Translations under genes and position numbers: made by a program
Notes under the pieces: model-generated
Database searches by the model: none
What the model was told of the DNA's origin: nothing
What the model saw: the letters and a program-made list of their open reading frames with translations, nothing else
Assembly: GCA_012295275.1 (NCBI GenBank)
Contig: CM022672.1
Location: 6,510,001 to 6,574,000, forward strand
Origin: Chrysomallon squamiferum
Taxonomy: Eukaryota > Animalia > Mollusca
Direction: 5' to 3'
Length of the DNA stretch: 64,000 bases
Part shown: positions 12,701-27,800 of the stretch, piece after piece
Position numbering within the stretch: the first letter of the stretch is position 1
How the letters are laid out: the number at the start of each line of letters is the position of its first letter

Positions 12701-15700
12701 GTTTATTTATTATTTATATGAAAATTGAGATGATAAAATCATCTTCCCTTATATAAATACATATGGAATAAAAAAATAAAAATAAAAGAAAACTTCAAAG
12801 ACAGAAAATAAGTAAATACACACAAAACATGCATTGTAATTTAACAAAACCATATTAATTAAAAATAATAACCAAAATGACATTTTCTATATCTTCTGTA
12901 TTGGAGATTTCACATATGAATTCTATTAGCTATTAGTTTAAATTAATTCTTTTCATTATATTTTCCGAAAATTACAAAAAAAAATTATTTTGATTAAAAA
13001 AAAAAAAGAAATAAAAATAAAAAAAATAAAAATCTGAAAATAAAATTAATTAACAAAATAAAAAACATTTAAAATTCTAAAAGGTTGTTTTAAAAAAAAA
13101 GAAATAAAAAATAAAAAATAATAAATAAAAAAATCCACCCCATAACAAAACTGCTAAGTAAACACATTTCTTTTGTTTGTAATTTGATATTTTACCTTTC
13201 AGTGAAAACTGATAAAATCCCCAAAACCTCTTTAAACCTCTGTCAAAAACAAAATCTTGCACCAGTGAATATTGAACTCTTAAATATGTATCCCTCAGTT
13301 TGAAAAGCAAGATTTATACCAGTCTAGATAATGAGTTCGAATGATTATAGGTGAGTGTAAATGAAGATTATGTACCTAGCCGATAACATGAACAATGAAC
13401 CTAAAAAAACTGCTGACTGTCACATACCTTTCAGATCACGTTTGGCCTAATTCACTAACCATAAGATCACTCAAGCTTGGAAGTAGAGCAGATATGCTCT
13501 TTTGTTGGACAACACACTCATAAATTTTTACACACACTGAACCAAAATTTTAATGCAATATTTGAATGAGTTAAACTTGTTTGCACAGTCAGAAAAGCAG
13601 ACGCCAGTAGCAGACGTGTCAGTGTGACTCTTCCAAACACTGCTGTGATCCGAGTGCAAGGACACCCACCCAGTAAAGCTTACAAGCACAAAACTTTTTA
13701 ACCATGACCCGATTTAAAATATACTTTTTATGCTGCTGTTGCATCAGTTATTTTCCACTTATTGAGCAATGATTTAAATATATATATATATGTATGTGTA
13801 TATATATATATATATATAATTACTGACAGTTGACAAAGCAAGGATTATGGATCATAGTCCAAGTCATTGCTGTTATTACTGTATACAAAATATTATATAA
13901 ATATAAAGCAATGTGGAGTATGTAGGTGGTAATGAAAATACATATAATGTAAGACAACAGCACTTATCAAGTTTACAGATATTTTTCTATGTCGTAGAAA
14001 AGACATTATCAAGATTTATTAGCATCATCATCATTTGTTATAAAAATATTCTGCAGCAGTCAATAAAAAATGTAAATAAAAACCTGCTATTAATGGAAAA
14101 CATTTAGTCAGTCTTTCCCTTCATTGCTACAATATTTATTAATAATTAAAAGCTGAGAATTTGCCTGTTTGTAATATGCAGATACCGATAATAATAACAA
14201 CCTTTTGCTGATACAATTTATTTATTTAATTTTAATTTTTTCCCCCAGTATTTCCAACACACACATTTCTAAATTTTTTTAATAAAAATTAATATTTAAA
14301 TTCAGTTCCAACAAATGCTCCATAATTAGTCTATCATAAGATGTTATGTTCTTCACTGTTTAAGGGAAGGTACAATTTAAAAATTCTGCCTGCTGGTTAC
14401 TAAGATCAATTTATGTAACAGAAGCAGATATAATCATTCCTTTGCATGCCACCTGAAATCTATTCAGTAACCTTAAAACATTTTTAAAAAAATTAAAAAG
14501 TATAAAAAGAAGGAAAAGGAGAAGAAATCTATAGCTATGCATTTGATTAATAAGTCTTTAACACCGATATGTTATAGATGGGATTATTATGCATTCTTGG
14601 TTGGGATAAATCAAGGTCATTCAAACTACTGCACTAAGTAGACATCAGCATTATATTTTTTATAATATTTTAATCAGTCTATTCAATTCATGTGACACAT
14701 TATCTACCTTTTCACTATCATTCAGACAATAAAGAGTACTTCAAAAAAAAAAAAAAAAAAAATGAACTTTAAAATTCAACAAAAGCCTTGAGATTGCAAG
14801 GTCAAATACCATTATGTCTGACACTACATGACAAGAATCAGACAGTCAGATTATCTCTGGTATCAGCAGATTCAAAAATACTTGATACAGACTATCAACA
14901 CAAACATTAAACAACCCATATCTTGTAGTCACCTGCAAAAACCAAAAACATGTCGCTTATCAACAACACATTATCTTTGAGTATACACTAATATCTGTCT
15001 CCAAAACAGTGATGATGCAAATAATTTATCTACCTACTTACTTCATAAGAGAAAACAACTGCTGCTGATGAAATATGTATACATACAGGTACTGATATCA
15101 GATATATAATATTAGTCACAAGGAAGTTAATGAAAGAATTTTTTTTTTAAAATAAATAAACGAGAGAAATGTTTGCATATGACCCTAGGCTGATGAGCCA
15201 AAGAAATTGCCAAACATCACGAGTTTAACAGGAGTTACTTCCGTTTGACATGTTTAACTAACAAAACAAGATTTACACAGCTCATGTCTTAACATTCAAT
15301 ACTTTTTTCTTCTTCTTTCTTCTTTTTTTTTTTCAGATAAATTTTAGTATTCAGTAACATACATTCATTTTTCATTTTCTAATGTGTTAGAGGTCAAACC
15401 TGTTATAATATTATATATTTCTATCTATCTATCTAATATACATATGGACAAACACAGACACACATTTTGTTTGTGGGTGTATGTGCATTTTATATACATA
15501 TAATGATATATAGACAATGTCATAATAGGCTTGACCTCTAGCAAGTTCATGTTACAACAGTAAATTTGTTTACTTAATAAAATAATTTATCTACACACAT
15601 ACATACGTTTACACACATGCACACACAGATACAGATACAGACATATATACATGCATACATTTCCTAACACACCCACACCCGCACATTTATAAATACACAC

Positions 15701-15719
15701 AGAAACTTGCTGCATGCAT

Positions 15720-15771
<52 letters not shown>

Positions 15772-18700
15772 CACACACTTGCTGCACATTCACACACACA
15801 CCTACACCTACACATGCATATGAACATAAATTATAATGATCGATCACTAGATCTGTGAACGTGTGGAAATGCATTTATGCAATGACATTGATTTAAATGG
15901 GTCAGCTGACTTTAGTGTCATTTTACAAAATGACTAACGATGGATGATTGTACTGTATGCTAAAGCAGACCAATTTAAAAAAAAATAATAATCAAATTAA
16001 AAATAAAAAACAATGTGGAAGAAAGTTTTTTTTTTTTAAAATGAGATAACAAAACCTGATTTTTTTTTTTTGGACTCAGGTTTTAGTTGCTTCCATGAAA
16101 AAAAAAAAAAAAAAAAAATTAATTTGAAAGGCAATATACACATATGCTCTAAAAATATTATGAATGTCCAATAAATTAATTCTTTTACAGTTCTTTTATG
16201 CAGTCTTTGATAAAAGATTTCAAATTTTGTAATTATTCCCTCAAAAGAGCCACTCTGAAATTAACAAAGTAACCTATATCCCTGTTTATCCACTTTTCAA
16301 TGTCAAATATAAGGAAATCTTAAATAAACGAGTCAACTGAGAAATTAGTTTTTGTTTCCTGGCCACAACCCCACTGGACAAGACAATATCTCCTGCAGAA
16401 CTTCCCTAACTCATTTTACAGTCAATTCTAACAGTTAAAACTATCTCCAACAGTCTTTACTACAAACAGAAAATTAGCCATTTGAATTCCATTCATAGGC
16501 ATGAAAGTACATGTCTATATATACAGCAATACAACATGAAATTAAGTGGCTAATATTCTGTATCAGTTTTTTTTTCCCCTCTGTTATTATTCCTGCCCAT
16601 TAGACATCATAAATGCTTTGTTTAAGTATTATTTTTCTTTCATTGATAATTATATGACCAAGAAGTAATGGTAACAATGAAAGAATGAGTGATTTGTTTA
16701 ATGACACTTCATGCCCATTTCAGTGATTACTGTATTCAGTACTGAATATATAATTATGATATAAAAGATGAAGTCTAGGGTTACTATAGACTGCTCTTAT
16801 CTGACAACAGCAAAATATTTATTTTAAAAGCACCTTCCCATACGTCGCCATATGGACAATGAAGAAGAATCACAGATTTGGAGTTTTAAACCGAAGTATT
16901 GTTACTCGTAACAGCCACTGATCAAACTTGTGTCTGTAAACAATGTTTAAAAATAAATAAAAGAATAAAAATGTTAGAAACATATAACAATAGAAAGCAT
17001 GTAAATATTTAAACTCACATATGATGGGTTTTTTTAACCTCTTAACTGATGCAATAGGTTTCAGAACGTTTTTATAAAAAACGAAATAAAAAACGAAACA
17101 CAAAACAGATTAACCTGGATTTGAAACTTGAGTCTCTGTTATTGCTGTGAAAACAGTTGAAGTGTGACAGGACACTGAAATTCAAGTTACAATAACACCT
17201 ATTTAGGTTACTTACAGTCCATGCCCATACTAGTCACCACAAAATTCATACTTTTTTTTACTGACTTAATATATTCTGTCAACAATAACATGGCTGGTAT
17301 AAGGTACAATAAATAATACACAGTGAAATAATACAGTTATCTAATCCTTAATAGTTGAAGTACATACTGTCAATAAATACTGATGTTTGTAAATTATTAC
17401 TCTGGTAAATAAAATTCTGTTAAGAGTACTTACAATTTTATATAGCGTTATGAAGTAATAAAAAATGTCACATTTTTAATAAAACATTAGAGTTTAAGTA
17501 GATTTTCCTAGGAACCTACAACAGTTAACGATCATTAAAATTTAGTTTTTATTCAGTACTATAAAAATAAATCTTATACACTGAAAAAGATTTATGCATA
17601 AGCCTGTTTTCAAAAGCAAAATACAGTAAATAACAAACATTAAAATATCTTTTTTATGAATAAATTGTTTTCAAAGCTAATTACTACAATTAACAACCAT
17701 TACATATTTTTATTCAGTACCAGAGTGATTTTTTAAAATTTTATATGAGAAAAAAAAAAAAAATAAAAAGATTTAAAAAGACAGTTCTGGAAAAAGAAAT
17801 AAACAATAATACTACTACTAATAAAAATAACCTACAAATTTATACCAAAATGATAAAATGATTTATATGACATTTTTAAACATCATTCAGTTCTGAAAAT
17901 ATTATTTAAACTTGCTGACTATGCTTGTTGTTGTTTCACAAAAGTATCGGATGAAAAAAAAAAAAATCCGATCCTGTTTCACTTCATGCTTTGACAACAA
18001 TGAAAACAGACACAGAGATGTTTTTTCCGTGATCTGCAAAGGTGTATCTGATGACATCTGACAAAAAGCCAGACGTAACAACGTGTAAACTAATATCATT
18101 GATGACGCAATTGCCACCTCAGAGTTCATGGAGCTCTGGGATTGGATTCCATGTGGCTCAAGGCTATACATTTTTTTTAATATTTTGTTTTATTTATTAT
18201 TTTGTCCTTAGTGAACTGAAAAGGACACGGATGTCAGCATCCGAGTAATTTTCAGTTGATTTATTCGTTTTCTGTTTTATCTTTCATAAACTGAAAAGAA
18301 CTGTTATCGGCATTAAAATAATTTAAATTTTTATTTTTCTATGAAAAAAAATAAAATAATAAAATAAAGAATAATACTATAAATATTGTAATTTCTTATA
18401 ACATAAATGTATTATGTTATAAAAAATTATGACATTTATATGACATTACAAAAATAATGAAGAAAATTAGTTGTTATCAATAACTGAAATGACTTATTTT
18501 AAGTACAGATTAATACTACAGTCCTTTAAATATGCTTTTTGACATTTTGAAATATATAATATAATGAAGAATATTAACTAGAACAAATGCAACATACTGT
18601 AGGCTTTACTTTCACATTCTTGATAAAATCAACATAATTATTAAAATACATTTAAATATATAATAAATATATGTCTTTATAGTTTTTAAATTTGCTTTTT

Positions 18701-19331
18701 GACATTTTGAAATATGCAATGTAATGAAGTACTCTAATGACTGAATTCTGGTAGAGTAGGTGCTCAAGGCAATTGTTATAGTAACATATGTTATAGGTAA
18801 ATATGTCAAAAATAACGTATAAATAAAATTAAAAAAACTTCAGATTTTAACTTTTCTGCCCAAAGGTAAAGTTCATATAAAAAAATATCTTGCAGCCATC
18901 AAAATCATCTGATATTAAGAAATATGACAAACAGTACTTTCACATTCTTAATAAAATCAGTACATTATTAAAAATTTAAAGATAAAATCTTTTCTTTTAA
19001 ATAATTTATATTTAACAGCTTCTTGTTTATAATAAAAATTAAAAAATTAAAAAAATTAAAAGATAAATAAGTAGTTATCTGTTTTTCTTTAAGTATTTAA
19101 TTTTTAAAGTAAAACCATACAAGTGGATGTTCAATTGTTTTTCATAATATTATCAAGGGTGATAATTAATTCATTCATTTGATGTTTGAAGAAAAAAAAA
19201 TAGAAAAAAGTTAAAAATAATTATAATGTATGTATTAGATTGTTTAATATTTAAAAAACAAAAATAAATAAAATTTCATATATTGATCACTGTTATTACA
19301 AAATATTATTTACAATTCACAAACATTTACA

Positions 19332-19366
<35 letters not shown>

Positions 19367-20595
19367 AAGCATTATGAAAATTGCCAAAATATGTTATTAA
19401 ATTAATAAAGAAGTCTATGACATATTCACCATGATTTACTATAGCCATGCACATGTTTTTATTAGTTTATATTCATATTCATAACTTTGTTATTTTAATG
19501 AGAGAATAAGACACTGACAATTACTTAGTTTGGAACTATTATTATTATTTACATTACAATTATCACTGCTACTACTACCACTGCTGTTACTACTTCTGCT
19601 ATCATCATTATTACATTATACATTATTAATATCATCATTATTAATCTATCATTATCATCATTAATATTATTGCTTAAAACATACCCTATATTTTTGTAGA
19701 GTCATTCTGTTTTTACTGAAATATGTAATGTTAAATTAAACCAGAAAACAAATGATTACATTTAGCATCTTCTGCAAACTTTAGGTTTTGACCTCACTTA
19801 ACAAATAAATATTTTATTTTTATTTTTATACATGAAATACTAAATAAAAACTAAAATACCAATATACTACATCATTAATAATACTGATAACTCAGTCTAT
19901 GGAAATCTGTCATAAAATTTTGGCATTTTCTCTACAAAATATTGGCCAGCTGTAACAAAATTAATCATGTGTATTTATACATAAAGAAATTATTCAAAAA
20001 TATATTTTTTTATGTATTAATATGAACTGAATAATCTTAATACTTACTGTCAGTGATACAACCATACTTGTACTGAAGTTAAGTAACTGACAGCTGAAAT
20101 TCTATACAAATATATCACTTTCCATGTCTGTAACATTATACTATACTACAATTATTATTATTATTATTTTATTTTATTTTTTTTAAAGGTTTGCTCAAAG
20201 TGAAACAGAAACTAAACCATATATTTTTATTATTAATTATTCACATTATGGTTGAAATGATTCTTTTTTTGAAACAACAGGCTTTGGTGCTATGTCGTAT
20301 GTTAAATTTTTATTTTTTATTTCATATAAGATAAACCCATTTCCAAATACTAACTTTAAGTATTGTTATTTTCTTGGCCTAAATTACATGTTGTAAAATT
20401 AGTTGAAGACTGAATTGTCTGTTTTAAAATTACTAATAGTTTAAATTATCTTTTTAAAATTGTCTGTAGAATTATGGCTTAAAATCTAGTGTTCATCAGA
20501 AACTGGGTTTAGTTTCTAAGAAGTTTCAGTTCTATGTTCTGACTTGCAGACTGTCACAGGAATTCTGTTCTTACTATATCTCATAATCCAAACGT

Positions 20596-20655
<60 letters not shown>

Positions 20656-21441
20656 GCAAGGACTTTAATATACATATAGTGATATACAAAAAAAATAAAA
20701 GAACAACAACATATATATATATATTTATTTATATTACTTCTTAGGTTTGTAATAAAATAAATAAATGATTACAAATAATTGTGGACTTAAAACATCAGTC
20801 AACTTGTTTAATCAAATATATTCTATTTGACTATTGTAGAAATTTTAACATGTTTATATAACAATTTGTGACTTGTTAACAGTTTATGTGGGATTTTGAG
20901 AAAAATGAAAACCTACATATCAAGTTTTACCCTCTGTCTTATAAATAATATATTATAGAATGTAAATTAAATGTTAATAAATCACTTGATCATGTTTACT
21001 TCAAAAAGAAGTGGAGTGAAAGCAAGCCATTCCAAATAAGTTCACGAATTGCATCATAGTTCAAAGAAATCGTTTAAAACTGACATGCTAATATTTACAT
21101 GAACTACATCTTACGACCACTGAAAAAACAAATTGCTGACAAATACAGTAAACTTAAAAAGAAAATACATATATATTGTTTTCTTTTAAAGTCTACTGTA
21201 TTTGTTATATATTATTATATAGATATACTTAGCTATAGTATAGAGATAAATGCTTATTGATATATAATTAAACTTTCTGATAATCATAATGTAGTACAAG
21301 ATTTTATATTATGTGTTTTATTTTATATTAATACGTCTAAGCATTTTCGATTGTATTATGATTTTATTTATTATTAAAGAAATGTAGTTATACGAACTCG
21401 CTTTGTTAAGAAAATAATCATCTAGTAGATCTACTACTTAC

Positions 21442-21600
21442 TTTGTTAGTATATTTGATCCAACCACCTGTCTATTCGACCTTTAAACAGTTATGAGCCA
21501 AGAAATAAACCTGTTTGTCAGTTAAAATTTCTCGTTTCGTCGTACGTGCTGAGTTTCCTGTTTTCAGCTGTCATATGTTCACAACGACAATGCCGTATGG
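21442..21600 (-). other. SLC31A1: Probable CTR1 non-coding first exon (5' end approximate)
   Basis: Donor caaa|gtaagtag at 21441, next to the CpG-enriched patch at 21520-21670. Confidence 0.5.
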
Positions 21601-22880
21601 CGCACATGCATCTCGTAGTGGATAACCTAGTTCATACGTCATCAACAAATGCGTGCGTCAAAATCAAACAAAACTCAGCCTATTTATATGTTTCTAAAGT
21701 AATTTATCTGGAATATATGTAACAGATGTAAATATTATTAAAATAAATTTGTTGATTTTTGTATATTTATATATTTTTTTTTTATCATGCATTTCTCAAC
21801 TTGAAAACCGGTATCAAGTATCAATAGAGGTTCATTCATTTAAGTCTATTTGCGTACGTGACACCGAGAACTCTTCTTTGAGTGGGTAATAATGAGTATT
21901 TTTTTATGCTTACAAAGTTAAATGTTTGGTTTCGTACTCGGAAAATACATGAAATTAAAAGATGTATATTACATGAATTCGTTGTTATTATTTATACACT
22001 TAATTATGAAAATATCAAATATTTTGTAACATTTTAATTTTATTTTGTAATAAGGAAAATTATCATAACTATTTGTACGGAGCCGTACACATATTTCTTT
22101 TCTTTAAATGACACATAAAAAAAGAAGCAAAAAGGCCAGACCTCTGATCATACAAAACTTGTTTTATTGATTTCTCAGCAATAAAAAAAAAAAATGTTTT
22201 ATTTCTTACATCTTTAAATAAATTAAATGACTTTACATTGTAGTAAAAATTAAATTTTGCTGAACCCATTCAAATGTTATTCTGTGCTCACCGATGACCA
22301 ATTTGAATTTTTATACATACCTACAAATTCATATAAATGACGTCCCAAGATAGATTTTAAAATTAATTCATTAAATTCACACTCCAAAATAACCATTTGA
22401 TGCTGAAATTTCTTTCAGAAAGTTGATTATTATTCCGTTTCAAAGTTATAACAAATGGTTAATCATGTATAATGCTCACTCCACCTTTTTTCTTTCTTAC
22501 TTTCTTATTTACGAAATGCTGGGTTTCTCACATCTATTAAAATAACCGATCTGCTTTTCCTGATAATAATTATATATATATATATACAAATAAATCAAAC
22601 AGACATTTACTGTATTATTCCCGTTTGAGACAGATTCCAAAAGCAAAGTATCAAAAATGCCGAAATAAGTGCTTGCCTGTCGGTTTTAATTTCTTATCCA
22701 AGTTATTTTTTTTCTTAGATAATTTGGTAATTTTACTTTTGTGATTTTATTTGAAACCAATAACACTATTAAAATATGATTTAGAAAATAATTATTTCAT
22801 GGATGCGAAATCACAGACATTCTTACTTTCAAAACGTTTTGGTCAAGCAATCACCGCCTCTAATCTCCTCCTTTATTATC

Positions 22881-22928
<48 letters not shown>

Positions 22929-23127
22929 TAGATGTATCAGCCAAGGTAAAAAAAAAAAAGGAAAAACTAAAAATCACACGGCTTTCGGTCAATTTATTTA
23001 CTCACAAAAGTTATACTTGGCTGGCTCTGCTTAAAAAAAAAAATAAAACAGGAACTCTCACATGATTTTCGCTTTCAAAGTTGTGATGTTGGTTTTATTT
23101 TTATAAAAATAAAATATTAATGAAAAT
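21520..23127. promoter_or_regulatory. Divergent (bidirectional) promoter region between CTR1 and FKBP15
   Basis: Local CpG enrichment in otherwise CpG-depleted DNA, CRE-like half sites (tacgtca, tgcgtca), head-to-head gene orientation. Confidence 0.6.
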
Positions 23128-24772
23128 ATGTTTTTCAGTGCAGACGATGATGAGCAGGATTTTGTGGGTCCTGAACCTGGCAGGTACCAGAAAATTACTA
23201 AATAAATATATTAAGCCATTGACAAAACAAGAAAACCTACTTATATTACACTATTTCAGAAATAAAAATTTAAGTATCCACCCCCTTCAGTGCTTCATTG
23301 TATCGATAATACATGTTGATTAATAAGATCATTATTTTTGAAACCAACAACAATGCGTTAATTAAAAATTAAGTCATAATGATCACAAATGAAAAGACAT
23401 ACTATTGAATTATATACAGTGATAAAAGTAAATGACAATTTTAAAGACCAAAACATTATTATTAATAAAATGAAAAATAACTGAAAATTAATAATGACAA
23501 CAATAATAATTAAATAGAAATAGAACTATTAATAGAAATATTATTGAAAAATTTTAAAATTTTTGACATAAAAAATATTTAAGCTAACTTTGTATACTTG
23601 AAGAAAAAATGTAAAAATTTTGAAATATTTAACAAATCTGATATGTTTATTGAAAATTCTCATTTTTGAATCATGAAAATAATTATTTCAGACAATTCAG
23701 AAAGTTTATTTTTAAAATCATGATAAAAAAAAAAGAATAAGGGGAAAAAAACAATCACACACAAAAAAGCAAAACATTCCCCCACCCCAAAAAAACCCCC
23801 AGAAAAGAAGAGAATATTGCTATATTATTATAATTATATTTCAGATCGAAACTTGCTAGTTTGTTTGGAATGGATAAAGCTAGTCACCAAGGTGGGAATG
23901 AATCACTGACCTATACAGCTCCCAAACAACCAAAAAAGAAAGGTAAGAACAATGAAATTTTGTTGAAAAAACACAACATACATTTGTCAGCTTGTATTTC
24001 ATGTTGAAAAGATGTACCTTAATGGCTTTTGAAACATTCTTTTTCTTAACCAGTGATGTATTCTAAATTAATTCATTGATAAACTGCACATACTCGGATA
24101 TGCAAGCATGCACATAACACTGCAGATTTCTTTAGCAGTTGGATGTTGCTATAGAGAATGTCACTTTTTATTATGATTATTGTTTTATTAATTGTTGTTG
24201 TTTGTTGTTATTTTTAATTTTTATTTATTTACTTTGTTGTATAATTAATAATGACTAATTAAGAGTCAAAAATGTTACCATGTAAAATACTTTGAACACT
24301 ATTATTCACAGACATATGCATTTATTTATTTATTGATTGACGTTTAATAGGTCCAGAAGTTGCTGACACTGGATCTGCTCCTGCTGTTGTTGTGGCAACT
24401 GTTGTCCATGCATACAAATTGTAAGTTAATTGATACGATGGTTTTATCTTTGAAAGCATTTTAATATTATTTTAAAAAAAAATTAATAATAATAAGTTAT
24501 AATAAAAAATGATGTTTGAATGATATCTAAATATATATTTCAAAATAAGATAATTTAGGAATTATTATTATTATCATTATAATCCTCATTATCATCATCA
24601 TCATTGTCATTAAGGTTTTTTTGCTTTTCCAAGTTATTTTATGTTTTCATAATTTAATTAAAATTTACACGAATATATTTTCATATTGTCTCTGTCTAAA
24701 AAGATGGTGAAAGTAAGTTACTCACAAAACAACTAATCTTTCAGAACTTTATAATCTCTATGTTATGTCTAT

Positions 24773-24807
<35 letters not shown>

Positions 24808-27800
24808 TAGAGTTGATGGTCACTACTCAAGTCAAGGGAAACTGGGGGCAACTATTTTAGCTAATCATTCTTCCAAAGATGTAAGTTTTTTGTCTTCTAA
24901 TACATCTTTTACTACTGAAAATATATTCATTACTGTTTTATGTTCACTAAAACTGTAGCAACAGCATTTTCTGATTAATATTTAGGATAATCGTTTAAAA
25001 AAATAAAAGATTAAATATTTTACACATGTACAGTATTTTACATAGCAGTGTTTTTTTTAATATTGTTATAATGCTTTTAAATCAGAATGTGTACTTTGCT
25101 TGTTTTAAACAATCATATGTAATTTTTCTTGTACAGTTTGTTCTCTTCTTATTTATGTACATGATATTTTAAGTTTAGATTTGGATTATAACCTAACACA
25201 TTTTTAATTAATTAATTTAATTTTAATTTTAATTTTTTAAACTTTTCAGTACAGGATATTGCTGTATGTTAGCAAACAAAAGCAGGTCACTAATGCCAGA
25301 ATCACACCATCTTTCACATACAGTGTACGTATTAAATAGTTGTTTTTAAAATTTCCAAGAAAATAGTCTTTACTGTTTCTTGATACTGAAATTAATCTTC
25401 TGTATTGTATTTCCATTTTCACATTAGTCTGATTTGCTGCCTTTCTCGTAATCTATTCTACTTAAGTCTGAGACTGTTACAAAATGGTATTATATAAAAT
25501 AAAAAAAACAAACATTGTGTAACATTTGTAATTTTATTGTTACTGTTGTAAATTTCTTCTTGTATATTTTTATATTTGGCTTCAAATTTTTGAAATGTTA
25601 TTATATTTGTTTTTAGATACAACCTAATAACTATGCCAGTTTCTATGATGAAGGTAGAATCAACTGGTCGGTAATGTTTGACAAAGAAGAAACAGCACTA
25701 CAATTTGCAAAACAGGCAAGTGTTATTGTATACACATACACACATATATACAGAGAGACAAATGCATGTGTGTGTGTGTGTGTGTGTATCACTATCATAA
25801 CTCATATAAGCTGATTTTACTCATTCATGATTAAGCAGTGTTCATTAAAGATCTTTTTCATGTCTAAATATACATTTCTTCACAAGCATTTCTTATTCAG
25901 TTTTCCAACTAGAAAAAGTAGGTAAAAACAAACAGATATTTACATTAAATAAGTGGATAATTGTTCTGGAGATTTTTCTAACTGTGAAATAATTTCTGTA
26001 ATGTTGGCTTGTTTTGTAAATGTTATGTTTGTGTGACAGGTTGCACTTGCTAAAGCAAACAGTGCTGGTCCAGGCATGGACAGTGTTATAACTCAAGATC
26101 TAGTCCTGGGAGAAGGGGGACAACTAGATGTGGGTGACTCAGCTGAAATACAGTACACTGGTTGGTTCATGACAAATGGAACATTTGGTCAGGTAAAATT
26201 TCATATCTTGGATTCTGATATTTGTAATTTTTTAATATTTTTTTAATATTATTTTATCATCAGCACATGGGATTCTGACCAAATCTTAACTGATCTTGTC
26301 ATATAAATCTTTTATAAATGTAGATTAGAATTTATTTTAAAATAAGAAAAAAAAAAAAAATATATATATATTACAACTGTAAGAAAATATTAAGAATATT
26401 TTGAACAGCATTTTCCTTTATTTTTCAGATGTTTGACAGTAATGTGAACTCAGAAAAGCTTTTTCGATTCAAGCTGGGGAAAGGAAAAGTTATAAAGGTG
26501 AGTAAAATTTATTTGTATTTATAAATCATGAAGTAGTTTACTAATCCCATTATACTTCTTCAACATTTGTTAAAAAAATATTAAACTAAAAAGAAACTTT
26601 TCCCAGGAATGAAAATAAACATTTATATTGAATTAGATATTAATTAAACTTAAATATTTTAAATAATTAAGATTTTATAACATTGTTTTTTTTGGTCTTT
26701 TTTAACTAAAATTACTGACTTGATTATGCCTTTTTATTTTTAGGGATGGGAGAGTGGAATTTTGGGAATGAAAAAGGGAGCTAAGCGGCTTCTGATAGTA
26801 CCTCCCCATCTAGGTTATGGCAGTCAAGGAAAGGGTGACAAAATCCCTGCAAACTCAACACTTATCTTTGATGTGAATGTTGTCAGGGTAAGTTTTCCAT
26901 TATTTTCTTAAATCAGTTTATATTTTACTTACTTCATTTTCAGAAAACCTGTGTTGATACGCATAAAAACCCACTGAATTTTGGCTTATGACACTTTTAT
27001 TAATAAGAAGATAATTTATTTTATCCTTTTCCTTTCTCACCAGAACATATTCTGAATTTTTAGATGTGTTGATTTATCTTTGGTTAAAAAAAAAAAAAAT
27101 ATATATATATATATAGCAATTATAATAACTTTTAACAATTGGATTGTCTCTTTATTTTTGTTATTTTATCTTTCTTAGTGCTATTGCAGATACTTCAGTA
27201 TTTTGCTTTTATCTTGTAAGCAACAGTGAACAGATGGACTATTGATGTGGTTAAAAACTTCATTTTTAGAAAAATTAGTTGTTGTGTTTTTTTTTTTTTT
27301 TTTTTGTTCTTTTAAATTCTATCATTAGTTTGAACTTATGAACTCTTTGATAACCTTTATTTGTATGTCTTGGGATGTTTAGGTTAAACTTCTAAAAGGA
27401 GACTCCCCTTCAGACTCCTCTGCTGACACGCCCACGCCTGTCTCCTCAGATACAGGAGATGGCGCTTGGGACACAGAATCAGTAAAGGATCGTTCAAAGT
27501 CCATCTCAGAACAGCTTTCACAAGTACGTTAAATTACAGCAAATCTGTCTGTGTGTGTGTGTATCTGTCTGTCTGTCTGTGTTTGGGTGGTCTGTGTGTG
27601 AAAGTGTGTGTTTTTGTATGTCAGTGTATGTATCTGTGTGTATATAGCAGTAGAGTCAAGTATATAATGATAAAGTTAATTTTCTTGAGCATTTGAGCAA
27701 TTTATTATTACTAAAGATTTGATGTCTGCAGAAAAAAAAGTCTTACTAGCATACAAAACATTGGGTCCTTTATTGGTTCAAACTTAGTTAATTTTAAACT

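Noticed and set aside
21590-21615. Metal-response element in the CTR1 promoter
   Set aside because: tgcgcca (minus strand) does not fit the TGCRCNC core
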